A stretch of 64,000 nt of DNA from Nitrospinales bacterium (GCA_965263085.1 OZ253582.1:2049135-2113134); one strand, 5' to 3'. Positions 9,386-19,443 are shown, counted from the first letter of the stretch. Made by a program: numbers and translations. Notes: generated from the sequence alone by a model not told the origin.

Positions 9386-10707
9386 ATTTTACCATCTCCT
9401 GCTCCAGGGGTTGGGTTGAATCCGCTGGGGTCAACAGGGTATACCGAAGCGATACATTCCCCTTGCTTGAGCTTGTTGTGGAGAAAGATCAGGAATCCCA
9501 CCCATAAAATCCCCGGTATGGCGATCAGTCCTGCCATCCACAAGGCAATCTGATTGACATTCAAGCTCCATCCGTCTATGGCATAGCCCACGCTCCAATT
9601 GCTAAATCCCATTACCAGAGTTAGCAGGGCGAGTTCAAAACTGAAAACCCGGCCCAGATAATGGTCTGGAGCAGATAGGTGAATCAAAGCCGAACTAAAA
9701 ACCCATATGATGGAGCCGAACAGGGTTGCAAGGCCCACGCCAAGGGAAAGAGTCCAGAGGGTGTGAGAGTGGGCAATGAATAAATATGAAAAAGCTTTTA
9801 GGAAAAATGCGCCGGCAATGGCACATTGTAAAGCCGAGGCACTTTCCCCGAAGACCCGTTTGACTAGTACGGGACCCAAGGCGGCACCTAACCCGCGTGC
9901 AGAATAGAGGATGCCAATTCCTAATGAAAGGGAACCGGGCAACAATACCTGACTGGCCATCAAGGGAATCAAGGTCATGATGCCCCCTGCTACTGCTAGC
10001 CCGGCCTTTAATAATGACAACACCAGTACTATTGGTTCCGCCCATAAATAGCGCAGAGAATCGATGAACTCCTGATAGCCGGTTTGTTTAGGTGAATCCT
10101 TTTTTTCCGACCTCTCCTGACTAGGAATTTTTGAAATGAACCAGGCCGAAAGCAGGAATGTGCTTGCGTCCAGGATAAAGGCAGTTCTTATCCCGAATAA
10201 ATGGACGATCACACCACCCAGGGCGGCACCAAAGGCCAGCATGACCGACCAGGTTGAACCGCTCAATGCGTTGGCGGTGATCAAATCCTTCTTTGGAACG
10301 AGCGAAGGGATAATGGCACTCCGGGCTGGTTCAAAAAAGCCTGATAATGAAATTTCGACAATGACCAGAGCATAAACCAGCCATAAGGCGTCCTGGTCTT
10401 CCACCAGAAGAAATCCTAGAACCACTCCGCAACGCAACAGGTCGCTGATGATCATCACTGTTTTTCGGCTGACACGGTCAACCACCACACCAGCTATGGG
10501 ACTGACCAGAACAATGGGCAGGAGCTTTGCCATCATCGCCCCGGCCATGGCCATTCCGGAGTCACTGAGTTTAAGGATCAATGCGTAAATAGCGATGCTG
10601 TTGAGCCAGTCTCCCAGTTCAGACACGACTTGGCCGTACCACAGGTTGCGGAACGCAGGATTATGGCGTAACAGGCGAAAATACCCGATTGTGTTTTTGC
10701 TTTGCAT
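9367..10707 (-). CDS. MFS transporter (EntS/MFS_3-like)
   Basis: 446 aa with about 12 predicted TM helices. The N-terminus FRLLRHNPAFRNLWYGQVVSELGDW is typical of the MFS_3 subfamily. Confidence 0.8.
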   Translation of the reverse strand: MQSKNTIGYFRLLRHNPAFRNLWYGQVVSELGDWLNSIAIYALILKLSDSGMAMAGAMMAKLLPIVLVSPIAGVVVDRVSRKTVMIISDLLRCGVVLGFLLVEDQDALWLVYALVIVEISLSGFFEPARSAIIPSLVPKKDLITANALSGSTWSVMLAFGAALGGVIVHLFGIRTAFILDASTFLLSAWFISKIPSQERSEKKDSPKQTGYQEFIDSLRYLWAEPIVLVLSLLKAGLAVAGGIMTLIPLMASQVLLPGSLSLGIGILYSARGLGAALGPVLVKRVFGESASALQCAIAGAFFLKAFSYLFIAHSHTLWTLSLGVGLATLFGSIIWVFSSALIHLSAPDHYLGRVFSFELALLTLVMGFSNWSVGYAIDGWSLNVNQIALWMAGLIAIPGILWVGFLIFLHNKLKQGECIASVYPVDPSGFNPTPGAGDGKIQAEVK

Positions 10708-10849
10708 TAAAAATTCCCCGAAAAAAGCTGAAGGCGGGTAGTACGAACCCTATACTAATAGACCCTCGCATAAATCTGCAACTGGAATTCGTTTTCGTGG
10801 TCTGGTATCTTTAATTACAAAGAAACTGGTTTTCAGCATAAAGAGCCCT

Positions 10850-11371
10850 ATGGAAGAAGAACAACCAATACTTCAGGAAATAGACGATAATACAGAGAAA
10901 TGGATCAGAAAAATTTCTCTTTTTATCTCTCTGTTTCTGACTACCGCTGTAGTGATTTGGTATTATAAGACAAACCCCCCAGACTCTCCGGAAGTGGTTA
11001 AGATGCGAATGTTTTTTAAGGAAAAAAACAGGGAAGTAGGGGAGTTCATTAACATGAATAAAAATGAACAAATCGCGTTTGCTTATAAAAACAAGCATCC
11101 TTTCTACAAGCGTTATATCAAGGTTTCTACTGTAGGGCAGGAAAGGATTCGTTCGCTCGTTCATGTATCTATGGATTACACACCCAACCAGTACTGGTTC
11201 AACCTCTTTTTCCTGTGGGTGATGTGTTTCACCACCTTTTGGTTTATCGGCTTGATGACGGAAGCCTGCATCGTGATTATGCGGCGCAACTCAGAAGCAC
11301 GGGTGAAGAATTACAGGAAAGAAAAAGAGAGAGAGGAAGGTTTAGCCTCGTCTAAAATGGAACCCAAATAA
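10850..11371 (+). CDS. Hypothetical membrane protein
   Basis: 173-aa ORF with two hydrophobic helices and a Lys/Glu-rich tail. No family recognised. Confidence 0.4.
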   Translation: MEEEQPILQEIDDNTEKWIRKISLFISLFLTTAVVIWYYKTNPPDSPEVVKMRMFFKEKNREVGEFINMNKNEQIAFAYKNKHPFYKRYIKVSTVGQERIRSLVHVSMDYTPNQYWFNLFFLWVMCFTTFWFIGLMTEACIVIMRRNSEARVKNYRKEKEREEGLASSKMEPK

Positions 11372-11455
11372 ATGACTGATAATTTGTGTATCCTTGAATG
11401 TCAAACCAAGGCCGTGTTAAATCTCAAAATATTGGATTATTAGAGAGCTCAAACT

Positions 11456-12286
11456 ATGGACGCTAATCAGATTCGCTTTGCGATTTTTATTTCGGTGTTT
11501 TTATTGATGCTGAGGTTGGAGTCAGTCATTCAACGTCATCCTACCGTTGATTCTAAAAAACGTCGGTTGAAAATTAATTTAGCTTTAACAGGTATCAACA
11601 TTCTGGCAGTACGTGTTTTTTTTGGAGCAGCGGCCGTGGGTGCCGCTCAATTTTCAGGGGAGAAAGGATGGGGTCTGTTCAATTATTTGGAATGGCCAGA
11701 AGGACTGGAAACTTTGCTTGTCGTTGTTATCCTTGATCTGATGATTTATATCCAGCATGTGGTGGTGCATATGATCCCCTTTTTCTGGAACTTGCATGTC
11801 GTGCATCATTCCGACCTCGATTTAGACGTTTCATCCGGACTGCGTTTCCATCCAATAGAGATCTTGGCATCCATGCTTTATAAAATCGGCCTGGTCTTTG
11901 CTCTTGGCCCCTCGCCGATGGCGGTTTTGATTTTCGAGGCAGTTCTAAACGGAATGGCTCAGTTCTCCCATTCCAATATTACGTTGCCGGAAAAGCTGGA
12001 CAGACTGTTAAGATATGTGATCGTTACGCCGGACATGCACCGTATTCATCATTCGGTGGAGAAAATGGAAACCAATTCCAACTTCGGTTTTAACCTGTCT
12101 ATCTGGGACCGAGCTTTGGGAACATATGTTCATGATGCGTTGAAACCGCAGCCACAGATAATAATCGGAGTCAATGCGTTTCGCACCAGCGAGGAAGTGT
12201 CTTTGGGGAATTTATTGATGATGCCGTTCCGAGAGGTTCCCAAAAGCTACTCGCTTTGCCCTGAAAACAATAAGGAGAGGTTATGA
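11456..12286 (+). CDS. Fatty acid hydroxylase / sterol desaturase family protein
   Basis: The histidine boxes HVVVH, HVVHHSD and HRIHHS lie in a polytopic membrane protein. Confidence 0.8.
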   Translation: MDANQIRFAIFISVFLLMLRLESVIQRHPTVDSKKRRLKINLALTGINILAVRVFFGAAAVGAAQFSGEKGWGLFNYLEWPEGLETLLVVVILDLMIYIQHVVVHMIPFFWNLHVVHHSDLDLDVSSGLRFHPIEILASMLYKIGLVFALGPSPMAVLIFEAVLNGMAQFSHSNITLPEKLDRLLRYVIVTPDMHRIHHSVEKMETNSNFGFNLSIWDRALGTYVHDALKPQPQIIIGVNAFRTSEEVSLGNLLMMPFREVPKSYSLCPENNKERL

Positions 12287-12422
12287 CTGGCAGATTGACG
12301 AAAATCATTACGACACTGGGGCCCGCCAGTGGCAGTAAAATGATTATCCTGAATGAAGAGGTTCCTTGGAATAGGGTGGATAGCCAGTTCCCATCTTTAA
12401 TTTTTTTCTAATAAGGTTCCGT

Positions 12423-12632
12423 ATGTCTCCACGGTATTATATAGGTACCGCGATTCTAGTGGCGGTTCTCACGTTGGCGATCAGTTGGTGGAAGCAAAAA
12501 CAAACCAAGCGTGAAATTTTTTTGGTCATGGTCAAAGTTGTTTCCGCTTTGGCTGTGATTGTAGGTGGAGTTCTGGGTGTGGCTCAACTCCTCGCTTTTT
12601 TTGGTGTGGCCCAATCCGGATTTTTTTTATGA
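12423..12632 (+). CDS. Small membrane protein (hypothetical)
   Basis: 69 aa with two TM helices. It overlaps the next ORF by 4 nt (ATGA). Confidence 0.35.
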   Translation: MSPRYYIGTAILVAVLTLAISWWKQKQTKREIFLVMVKVVSALAVIVGGVLGVAQLLAFFGVAQSGFFL

Positions 12633-12859
12633 GCACTCAACCTTCAGGCTTCTCAGGGTTCATGATCATTATTCTGGCCCTATCCTTTTTAACGCTCTCT
12701 TTTTTTATGGGTATGCTGATTCACTCTGCTTTAATGTATGAGGACAAAAAAAATATTGGAAAAGATAGCCACAGTGGGTGGGTGTTGAGTATGGTCGCGG
12801 GGGTCGGTATAACAGGATGGATGTTCTATTATGGGTACTATGTGAATTTTTTAAGATAA
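12629..12859 (+). CDS. Small membrane protein (hypothetical)
   Basis: 76 aa with two TM helices, coupled to the preceding ORF. Confidence 0.35.
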   Translation: MSTQPSGFSGFMIIILALSFLTLSFFMGMLIHSALMYEDKKNIGKDSHSGWVLSMVAGVGITGWMFYYGYYVNFLR

Positions 12860-12866
12860 AGGCTTT

Positions 12867-13217
12867 TTAGAGAGACAGCAGGTCAACTAGTCTTTGGCAG
12901 TCATTTTTATATCCCAGAATTTCCGCGCCTTCCTCATCACTCAAATCATCCGTCAGGTTCTCCTCAATCAATGCAATCGCGTCATTCAGTCCGCCTGCGA
13001 CGATGTCGATCTCGTTTTCATTCAGCGCATACATTGACCCGCTTTGCTTGAGTTTGTCAAACACCCGTGAATATTTGGCCTTGAAATCTACGAGCCCGTT
13101 CTTTTTTTCAGGGGACAACTCCTGCTTGAGTTCGGTATTTATGTCTGAGACCGAGTCGTTCAAAGCCATTTTAATGGTTTCAATATCTTTGTCTGTGATG
13201 GATGCGAGTGATTTCAT
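12867..13217 (-). CDS. Acidic hypothetical protein
   Basis: 116-aa ORF, predicted helical and acidic. No family recognised. Confidence 0.4.
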   Translation of the reverse strand: MKSLASITDKDIETIKMALNDSVSDINTELKQELSPEKKNGLVDFKAKYSRVFDKLKQSGSMYALNENEIDIVAGGLNDAIALIEENLTDDLSDEEGAEILGYKNDCQRLVDLLSL

Positions 13218-13441
13218 GCTTTCCTGTGTTCAAAATTAAGGTTGCTGATTGGGTCGATATTTCATGTGAATTTTGACTAAACCTAGAACACCTGATGTTT
13301 TACCATAAGTTTGCCTTGGGCCGTATGAAAAATTTTCGTATGAGAAAAATCCGGTTTGTCGATTCTCCGGCCTCAAAAAAACCTGAGCTGATTTATAAAG
13401 GGATATGCCCAGTATAAACTGGCAAGTGATTTTTTTAAGAC

Positions 13442-13870
13442 TTAAGATTCAACCTTGATCTCAATTTTTTTCGATTTTGTCTGCCCCGCTTTTGGCAAGG
13501 TGACCTTAAGGACGCCATGCTCCATTCGGGCGCCGACCTTTTCCGGGTCAATCTGGTCGCTCAGCCTGAAGCTTCTGGAAAAACTTTCTTTGCTGAATTC
13601 GCGAATGTGATAGTCGTCTTTATCGGTCTTCGAATTCTGCTCCCGTTGGCCCTTGAGGGTCAAAACGCCGTCATGGAATTCAACTGAAACGTCCTTTTCT
13701 GTCATTCCGGGAGTTTCTGCATCCAGATAAAATGCCTCGTTTTCTTCAATCACATTGACTTTAGGCAAAACTGTGGGTTGGCCCCATTTGGCTTGGGGGA
13801 ACCCGAAAAACCGGTCGGTATCAAAAAACCGATCTAAAGCCTGCGCTGGGTCAAAAGTTGTGAGTTTCAT
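13442..13870 (-). CDS. Small heat-shock protein (Hsp20 / alpha-crystallin family)
   Basis: Alpha-crystallin domain: VNVIEENEAFYLDAETPGMTEKDVSVEFHDGVLTLKGQRE ... FSRSFRL ... GVLKVTLPK. Confidence 0.9.
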   Translation of the reverse strand: MKLTTFDPAQALDRFFDTDRFFGFPQAKWGQPTVLPKVNVIEENEAFYLDAETPGMTEKDVSVEFHDGVLTLKGQREQNSKTDKDDYHIREFSKESFSRSFRLSDQIDPEKVGARMEHGVLKVTLPKAGQTKSKKIEIKVES

Positions 13871-14289
13871 GATGTTCTCCCTCTAAAAAGTTAATGATGT
13901 GGTTATTAGGTTTCTCGGCCGAAAGGATGTTCTCAATCCTATACTATGAATAAAATCGAGGCTGACGGTTGTCAAGCTGGCTGGGGGGAATAAACTCAGC
14001 ATTTCTTACAGTCTCTACTCTCGGTAAGTTTTTCCTTCAGTACCGAGCGTTCATTTCCCGAATAAAGAAAGCCCTAAGGAGAGGGCGGTATAAACCACGC
14101 AGAAGACGCAGGCAAAAAATGGTTTCCTGTAGATGTTGGAGAGTTTTTTCATACCCACTATTATATTCATTTGAGTCGGTTCCCGCAATGTTATCTCTTA
14201 AAAGCTGGAAACCCTTGTTTTAACAGGGTGCGTGGGAGCATCTCTGTGGGATGAGTTACTGTTCTATTTTTTTAATTCGTTGGATTCTG

Positions 14290-14814
14290 TCAGTGATCGG
14301 GTGTGCCGGCGGCGATTCGATCCATCAAGGCAAAGAAGACACCGCTCAATACAAAAGACATATGGATCACGACCTTCCACAAGAACATTTCTGTGTTGGC
14401 CTCGGTCGGTTCTACAGGAATCTCCATAAAAGTCTTCAGAAGGTGAATAGCGGAAATCGCGACAATGGCACCGATGACTTTTAACTTGAGTCCACTGAAG
14501 TCAACTTTGCCCATCCAGTCAGGCCGATCTGAATGGTTCCCTACATCTATTTTGGAGACGAAAATTTCGTAGCCTGAGAAGATGATCATGAGCAATAAAG
14601 ACCCGATCAGGGTGATGTCTATCAGGGCCAGAACGCCAATGATCACTTCACTTTCAGATGTGGTGAAAACGTGGGCGATCAGATGACCCAACTCCTGGGA
14701 AAATTTTATAAAGAGCAAAGTGATGCTGATGATCAGTCCAAGAAAAAATGGAGCCAGTAACCATCTGCTGTTGAATATGAATTTTTCTAAAATTTGCTCG
14801 ATTTTGTTGGCCAT
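14290..14814 (-). CDS. UPF0114 / YqhA family membrane protein
   Basis: The N-terminus IEQILEKFIFNSRWLLAPFFLGL and the overall 4-TM architecture are typical of the YqhA family. Confidence 0.7.
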   Translation of the reverse strand: MANKIEQILEKFIFNSRWLLAPFFLGLIISITLLFIKFSQELGHLIAHVFTTSESEVIIGVLALIDITLIGSLLLMIIFSGYEIFVSKIDVGNHSDRPDWMGKVDFSGLKLKVIGAIVAISAIHLLKTFMEIPVEPTEANTEMFLWKVVIHMSFVLSGVFFALMDRIAAGTPDH

Positions 14815-14906
14815 AATTTCTCCAGATATATAGGAAAATGAGGTGGTTTTATTTTTGTGTTCGATTTACAGGAGTTCCATCTTTATAGGTTTAGGCGATA
14901 GGTTTG

Positions 14907-15869
14907 CTAATAAGAGGGTATCTTAATCACCCGTTCCTTGGCTTTTGGTTTTTTTAGCTCCATAGGGAGAGAAGATATGATTTCTTTATGAAGAACTTCA
15001 ATGATGATTTTTTTAAGGTAGGACCGGGTATAAATAATGCTGACCTCACGGGTCGGGATGGGTGCCTTGAAAAATCGCACTTTTTTCTTTTGCTCCGAGG
15101 TGGACATTCCCAAAGCCGCCAACCAGGGCAGGAGGGTGTATCCAAACTTTTGGTCGACCAGCCGCTTCAATGTTTCCAGATTTCCACTTTCAAAAATCAG
15201 GTTTTTGCGTCGGGTATTTTTACCTCTTGTTTTTTTGCAAATTTCAATCGCTTGACCCCTGAAGCAATGCCCTTCATTCAGTAACCAGATGTCATCGGGA
15301 CTCAAATCTTTTTCCGAAATGGCGTTGAGAGAGAGGAGAGGGTGGCCAAGGGAAAGATAGGCCAAAAAAGGTTCGTTGAATAGAGGCCATTCCATAATTC
15401 CCTTATAATTTAAAGGAGTCACGAGAATCCCAGCATCAATCTTGTCTTCCTTCACTGTATGAATGATCTGCTGGGTTTGTAATTCCTCTATAATCAATTT
15501 AACTTCAGGGTACTTTTTCGTAAACCTTTTCAGGAAAAGTGGCAACAAATAGGGGGCAAGAGTTGGAATGATGCCTAATCTAAATGTTCCGTTGATCTCG
15601 CCTTTCTCCGCTTTAATCAATTCCTCAATTCTAAGAACCTCTTGAAGCGCAACCTGAGCTTGCTCGATAACTTTTCGTCCGATAGCAGTTGGCTCCACTG
15701 GTTTTTTAGAGCGATCAAAAAGAGTCAACCCGAGGCCTTCCTCCAGCTTTCGAATCTGCATGCTCAATGTGGGTTGGGAGATAGAGCAGGTTTTGGCGGC
15801 CAAACCAAAATTTCGAGTCTGAAAAACTGCTGTGATATAGGTGAGTTGTGTCAGGGTGATAGATTTCAT
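14907..15869 (-). CDS. oxyR: LysR-family peroxide sensor OxyR
   Basis: HTH region SISQPTLSMQIRKLEEGLG. The redox-switch segment LLNEGHCFRGQAIEIC keeps both cysteines with the same 9-residue spacing as E. coli C199/C208 (EDGHCLRDQAMGFC). It is divergent from a peroxidase gene. Confidence 0.8.
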   Translation of the reverse strand: MKSITLTQLTYITAVFQTRNFGLAAKTCSISQPTLSMQIRKLEEGLGLTLFDRSKKPVEPTAIGRKVIEQAQVALQEVLRIEELIKAEKGEINGTFRLGIIPTLAPYLLPLFLKRFTKKYPEVKLIIEELQTQQIIHTVKEDKIDAGILVTPLNYKGIMEWPLFNEPFLAYLSLGHPLLSLNAISEKDLSPDDIWLLNEGHCFRGQAIEICKKTRGKNTRRKNLIFESGNLETLKRLVDQKFGYTLLPWLAALGMSTSEQKKKVRFFKAPIPTREVSIIYTRSYLKKIIIEVLHKEIISSLPMELKKPKAKERVIKIPSY

Positions 15870-15879
15870 CTATCAAACT

Positions 15880-15916
15880 ATAGCAATAATCGATTGGACG
15901 AATCAAGAGAAACTGT
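15880..15916. promoter_or_regulatory. Candidate OxyR operator
   Basis: ATAG-N7-CgAT-N7-ATcA-N7-CTgT matches the ATAG-N7-CTAT-N7-ATAG-N7-CTAT OxyR tetramer motif at 13 of 16 positions. It lies in the oxyR/ccp divergent intergenic region. Confidence 0.3.
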
Positions 15917-16035
15917 CGATAATATAAGAAATCAAACTCGTGAAGAGACTGCTTTGATGTTTAGGAGTCTTCTATACAATTAAAAGAGTAATTTGGTTGT
16001 ATACTGTAAATAGTATTTAAATTGGAGAAAGTGCC

Positions 16036-17094
16036 ATGAAAAGCAAAAAGTGTAGAAGCAGAAAATTTCAGTTATTGGCTGTGATCGGGGCTATTTCCCT
16101 CCTGATCGGTGGACCCATTTGGACCGTGGCAGGGGAGGCTTACGAGCTGGAAATTCCTCTGGGACTGGATGAAGAGCAGTTTGTTATCCCAGAAGATAAT
16201 CCTTTGACTAAAGAAAAGATAGAGTTGGGTCGTCTTCTGTTTTTCGATAAGCGTATGTCGCAAAACAATACCATTTCATGTTCCACCTGCCATGTTCCTG
16301 CCCTGGCTTTCACGGATGGGCAGCCTGTTTCCGCGGGGATCCACCGACAACAGGGAGGGCGAAGCGCGCCAACCTCCATCAATCGAGGTTTCAGCAAAGC
16401 TCAGTTCTGGGATGGGCGCGCTGCCACATTAGAGGAGCAGTCTGTGGGGCCGTTGACCAATCCTATTGAGCATGGCTTCCCTGATAACGATGATGTGGTT
16501 GTCAGGATAAACGAAATCCAGGGTTATAAAAATCTTTTCAGCAAGGCTTTTAGAACCAATGCAATTACCATTCAGCATGTAGGAAAAGCAATTGCTTCTT
16601 TTCAAAGAACACTCATTTCCGGAAACAGTCCTTTTGACCAGTTTGATTATGATGGAGAAGAAAAAGCTATTTCCGAAGCGGCCAAACGCGGTAAAAAACT
16701 GTTTTTCGGCAAGGCTCGGTGCAACCTGTGCCATTTCGGAACCAACTTCTCAGATGAAAAGTTCCATAATGTCGGAATCGGCTGGGAAGGAGAAGTTGTT
16801 GACGTTGGCAGGTACCATGTGACCCATGACCAAAAAGACATCGGCACATTCAAAACACCGACTTTAAGAGAGATATCGAAAACCGCACCATACATGCACG
16901 ATGGCCGGTTTGTAACCCTGAAACAAGTGATCGATCATTATAATCAGGGCGGGGTTAAAAACCCATTTTTGGATAACCAGATCATTCCACTGGATCTTAC
17001 GGAATCAGAAAAACAGGATCTTATTGAAATGCTTCGCGCATTGAACGGTGATGGTTGGCAACACGCAACGGCTCCTCTTTCGTTCCCGCAGTAA
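16036..17094 (+). CDS. ccpA: Dihaem cytochrome c peroxidase (CcpA/MauG family)
   Basis: Signal peptide plus two CxxCH motifs (CSTCH and CNLCH). Conserved FKTPTLREISKTAPYMHDG and FWDGRA motifs of bacterial CCPs. Confidence 0.9.
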   Translation: MKSKKCRSRKFQLLAVIGAISLLIGGPIWTVAGEAYELEIPLGLDEEQFVIPEDNPLTKEKIELGRLLFFDKRMSQNNTISCSTCHVPALAFTDGQPVSAGIHRQQGGRSAPTSINRGFSKAQFWDGRAATLEEQSVGPLTNPIEHGFPDNDDVVVRINEIQGYKNLFSKAFRTNAITIQHVGKAIASFQRTLISGNSPFDQFDYDGEEKAISEAAKRGKKLFFGKARCNLCHFGTNFSDEKFHNVGIGWEGEVVDVGRYHVTHDQKDIGTFKTPTLREISKTAPYMHDGRFVTLKQVIDHYNQGGVKNPFLDNQIIPLDLTESEKQDLIEMLRALNGDGWQHATAPLSFPQ

Positions 17095-17127
17095 CGGTCG
17101 ATCAATACTAATGACGACCAATATCCG

Positions 17128-17164
17128 AAGGGTTACGGTTTAGGCCGTAACCCTTATTTTCTTT
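17128..17164 (+). terminator. Rho-independent terminator of ccp
   Basis: AAGGGTTACGG-TTTAGG-CCGTAACCCTT is an 11-bp perfect stem followed by ATTTTCTTT. Confidence 0.8.
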
Positions 17165-17191
17165 GCTCATGGAGCGCCACTTGCTTTGACT

Positions 17192-17557
17192 TTAAGGTTT
17201 CTCAACTCTGAAGTAAGTCATTCCTTGAATAGGAATGTTGTCTAGTTCATATCGACCAAATCCCCAGCTATCAGGTCGATCCATCAATACTTTCCAGAGA
17301 ATCAAGCCAAAGAATTTTGCGGCTGATTCCTGGTTATAGTTGCAGGAAATTTCATAAATGGGTTGATATACAGTTCCTGTCCAGTCGCTCCCTGGTATCC
17401 AACTGGACGTGTGAATTTCCTTTATTTCAGAGAGAGCATAAGCTTAGCATAAATTTTTTTGGCACTCCTCGTCGCTAAGGCGGTCCTTCCAAGTTTTAAA
17501 TTCATGCTCGTGCGGAATAACTTGAATTTCTTTACCAGTATCTATAGAAATAAGCAT
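17192..17557 (-). pseudogene. Hypothetical ORF interrupted by an in-frame TAA
   Basis: The minus-strand reading frame is MLISIDTGKEIQVIPHEHEFKTWKDRLSDEECQKNLC*AYALSEIKEIHTSSWIPGSDWTGTVYQPIYEISCNYNQESAAKFFGLILWKVLMDRPDSWGFGRYELDNIPIQGMTYFRVEKP*. The same frame is open on both sides of the TAA at 17446-17444. It lies next to the 3' end of the tRNA. Confidence 0.3.
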
Positions 17558-17603
17558 TTCAATTTTTTCTGTGATAGGGGAATGTATTATCTCCGGGTAG
17601 TGA

Positions 17604-17676
17604 TGGGCCCAACAGGATTCGAACCTGTGACCTACCGGTTATGAGCCGGGGGCTCTACCAACTGAGCTATAGGCCC
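17604..17676 (-). tRNA. tRNA with CAT anticodon (elongator Met, or Ile2 if lysidine-modified); CCA not encoded
   Basis: Reverse complement is GGGCCTA TA GCTC AGTTGGTA GAGC C CCCGG CTCATAA CCGGT AGGTC ACAGG TTCGAAT CCTGT TGGGCCC A. This is a 73-nt cloverleaf with a 7-bp acceptor stem, a TTCGAAT T-loop and a CAT anticodon. G1:C72 is paired and there is no GGG/CCC anticodon stem, so it is not an initiator tRNA. Confidence 0.9.
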
Positions 17677-17682
17677 GCAAGA

Positions 17683-19443
17683 TCAGCTTTCGATAAAACT
17701 GCGTAGTTTTTTACTCCTGCTGGGGTGGCGCAGTTTGCGTAGAGCTTTTGCTTCGATTTGCCGGATACGCTCGCGGGTGACGGCAAAATCCTGCCCGACT
17801 TCTTCAAGCGTGTGTTCGGAATCCAACCCGATGCCGAATCGCTTTCGCAATACACGTTCTTCCCGTGATGCCAAGGTCGAGAGAACTTTTAGAGTTTGTT
17901 CCTTCAGGTTCTTTTTGACCACTGAGTCGATCGGTGACAGAACTTTTTTATCTTCGATGAAATCTCCAAGATGACTGTTTTCCTCTTCGCCGATGGGAGT
18001 CTCAAGAGAGATGGGTTCCTTGGCGATTTTCAGAACCTTGCGGACCTTGTCTACCGGCAGGTACATCTTGACGGCGATTTCATCCGGCGTTGGTTCGCGT
18101 CCGAGTTCCTGAACGAGATGCCGGGATACTCGGATTAGTTTGTTGATGGTTTCGATCATGTGCACAGGAATCCGGATCGTTCTGGCCTGGTCGGCAATGG
18201 CGCGGGTGATGGCTTGCCGGATCCACCAGGTGGCGTAGGTCGAAAACTTATAGCCTCGTTGGTATTCAAATTTATCGACTGCTTTCATGAGGCCGATGTT
18301 GCCTTCTTGAATGAGGTCGAGAAACTGTAGCCCTCGGCTGGTGTATTTTTTAGCAATACTGACCACCAGCCTGAGGTTAGCTTCTGCCAATTCCCGCTTG
18401 GCGTTTTTGTCTTTCACCCTGCCACGGGCAATGGACCGCACAGTGGCCAGTAGACTGTCTTTACTGGTTACTGTTCTGTTTTCTATCTTTTTGATTTTCC
18501 GGCGACCGCTTTGCACTTGTTTCATGAAGCTGTCGTACTGGGCGCGGGTGATTACTTTCCTCTTCGGGACCTTGACACTTTTCTGTTTGATCCAGTTTTT
18601 AGCCAGCTTTTTGACTCCGGCCAAAGATATGCCCAATTGCCTTTCGATATCTCTTTCTTGTTTTCCTGCTTCCCGATACTCTCCGGCGATTGCGTAAATT
18701 TTTTCGATAAGGCCGTCCATTTCATCGAGAGAGAGAGACAAACCGGTAATGAGTTTTTCCACTTCCCTTTGTTGTTTCTGCAACTGTTCAGCAGTTTTTG
18801 CCTGCATTGTTTCAGACAGTTTGCCGCTCTCGACTTTAGTCTGAAGCTTCTCAAGCTTGGTGAACTCTGATTTTAGGGTCCTGACTTTCTTAATAAATTT
18901 TTTAGTTTCATCTTTTTCAGACTGTTCCTTGTTTTCCTCTGGTTCGGAATTGTGGATCAGGCTGAAGATTCGGATTTCTCCTTTTTTAACTCGGTCCGCC
19001 ATGGCGACGAGTTCGCGGGTTGCGACCGCACAACTGGCCACTGCCGCGAGCACTTCATTTTGTCCGGCTTCAATTCTCTTGGCAATTTCTACTTCTCCTT
19101 TGCGGGTGAGAAGGGAAATGGTTCCCATTTCACGCAGATAGAGCCGAACCGGATCATCGATGGAAATGGAATCGGATTTGGAGGCGGGAGCGCCTTCGGC
19201 ACTATCGTCTTTATCGCGGTCCTCTTTAGTGGCCACTATTTTTTCACCCTTAACAGTGGTGTCAACGATGTCTATTTCATTTTCACCAAAAAGGTGCATA
19301 AGGTCGTCGATTTGTTCCGGAGTCACAACATCAGAGGGTAGGACATCATTGACTTCTTCATAGGTTAAATAACCTTTTTCCTTGCCCTGTGATATCAGTT
19401 GATTGATTTCTGATACATATGTCAGTTTTTCCATTGTGGCCAT
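17683..19443 (-). CDS. rpoD: RNA polymerase primary sigma factor RpoD
   Basis: 586 aa with regions 1.1 to 4.2, including [14 protein letters not shown] (2.3/2.4) and [30 protein letters not shown] (4.2). Confidence 0.97.
   Translation of the reverse strand: MATMEKLTYVSEINQLISQGKEKGYLTYEEVNDVLPSDVVTPEQIDDLMHLFGENEIDIVDTTVKGEKIVATKEDRDKDDSAEGAPASKSDSISIDDPVRLYLREMGTISLLTRKGEVEIAKRIEAGQNEVLAAVASCAVATRELVAMADRVKKGEIRIFSLIHNSEPEENKEQSEKDETKKFIKKVRTLKSEFTKLEKLQTKVESGKLSETMQAKTAEQLQKQQREVEKLITGLSLSLDEMDGLIEKIYAIAGEYREAGKQERDIERQLGISLAGVKKLAKNWIKQKSVKVPKRKVITRAQYDSFMKQVQSGRRKIKKIENRTVTSKDSLLATVRSIARGRVKDKNAKRELAEANLRLVVSIAKKYTSRGLQFLDLIQEGNIGLMKAVDKFEYQRGYKFSTYATWWIRQAITRAIADQARTIRIPVHMIETINKLIRVSRHLVQELGREPTPDEIAVKMYLPVDKVRKVLKIAKEPISLETPIGEEENSHLGDFIEDKKVLSPIDSVVKKNLKEQTLKVLSTLASREERVLRKRFGIGLDSEHTLEEVGQDFAVTRERIRQIEAKALRKLRHPSRSKKLRSFIES

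Noticed and set aside
17100-17603. The tRNA-adjacent segment, considered as a possible integrated element
   Set aside because: There is no integrase, no duplicated copy of the tRNA 3' end (att-like repeat), and only about 500 bp between the tRNA and the ccp terminator.
17459-17644. A 61-aa plus-strand ORF
   Set aside because: Its 3' half is the complement of the tRNA(CAT) gene, so it is an artefact.
17604-17676. Initiator tRNA-fMet identity for the CAT tRNA
   Set aside because: Position 1:72 is a G:C pair and the anticodon stem lacks the three consecutive G:C pairs of initiators. It is an elongator Met or Ile2, and I cannot discriminate between them by eye.
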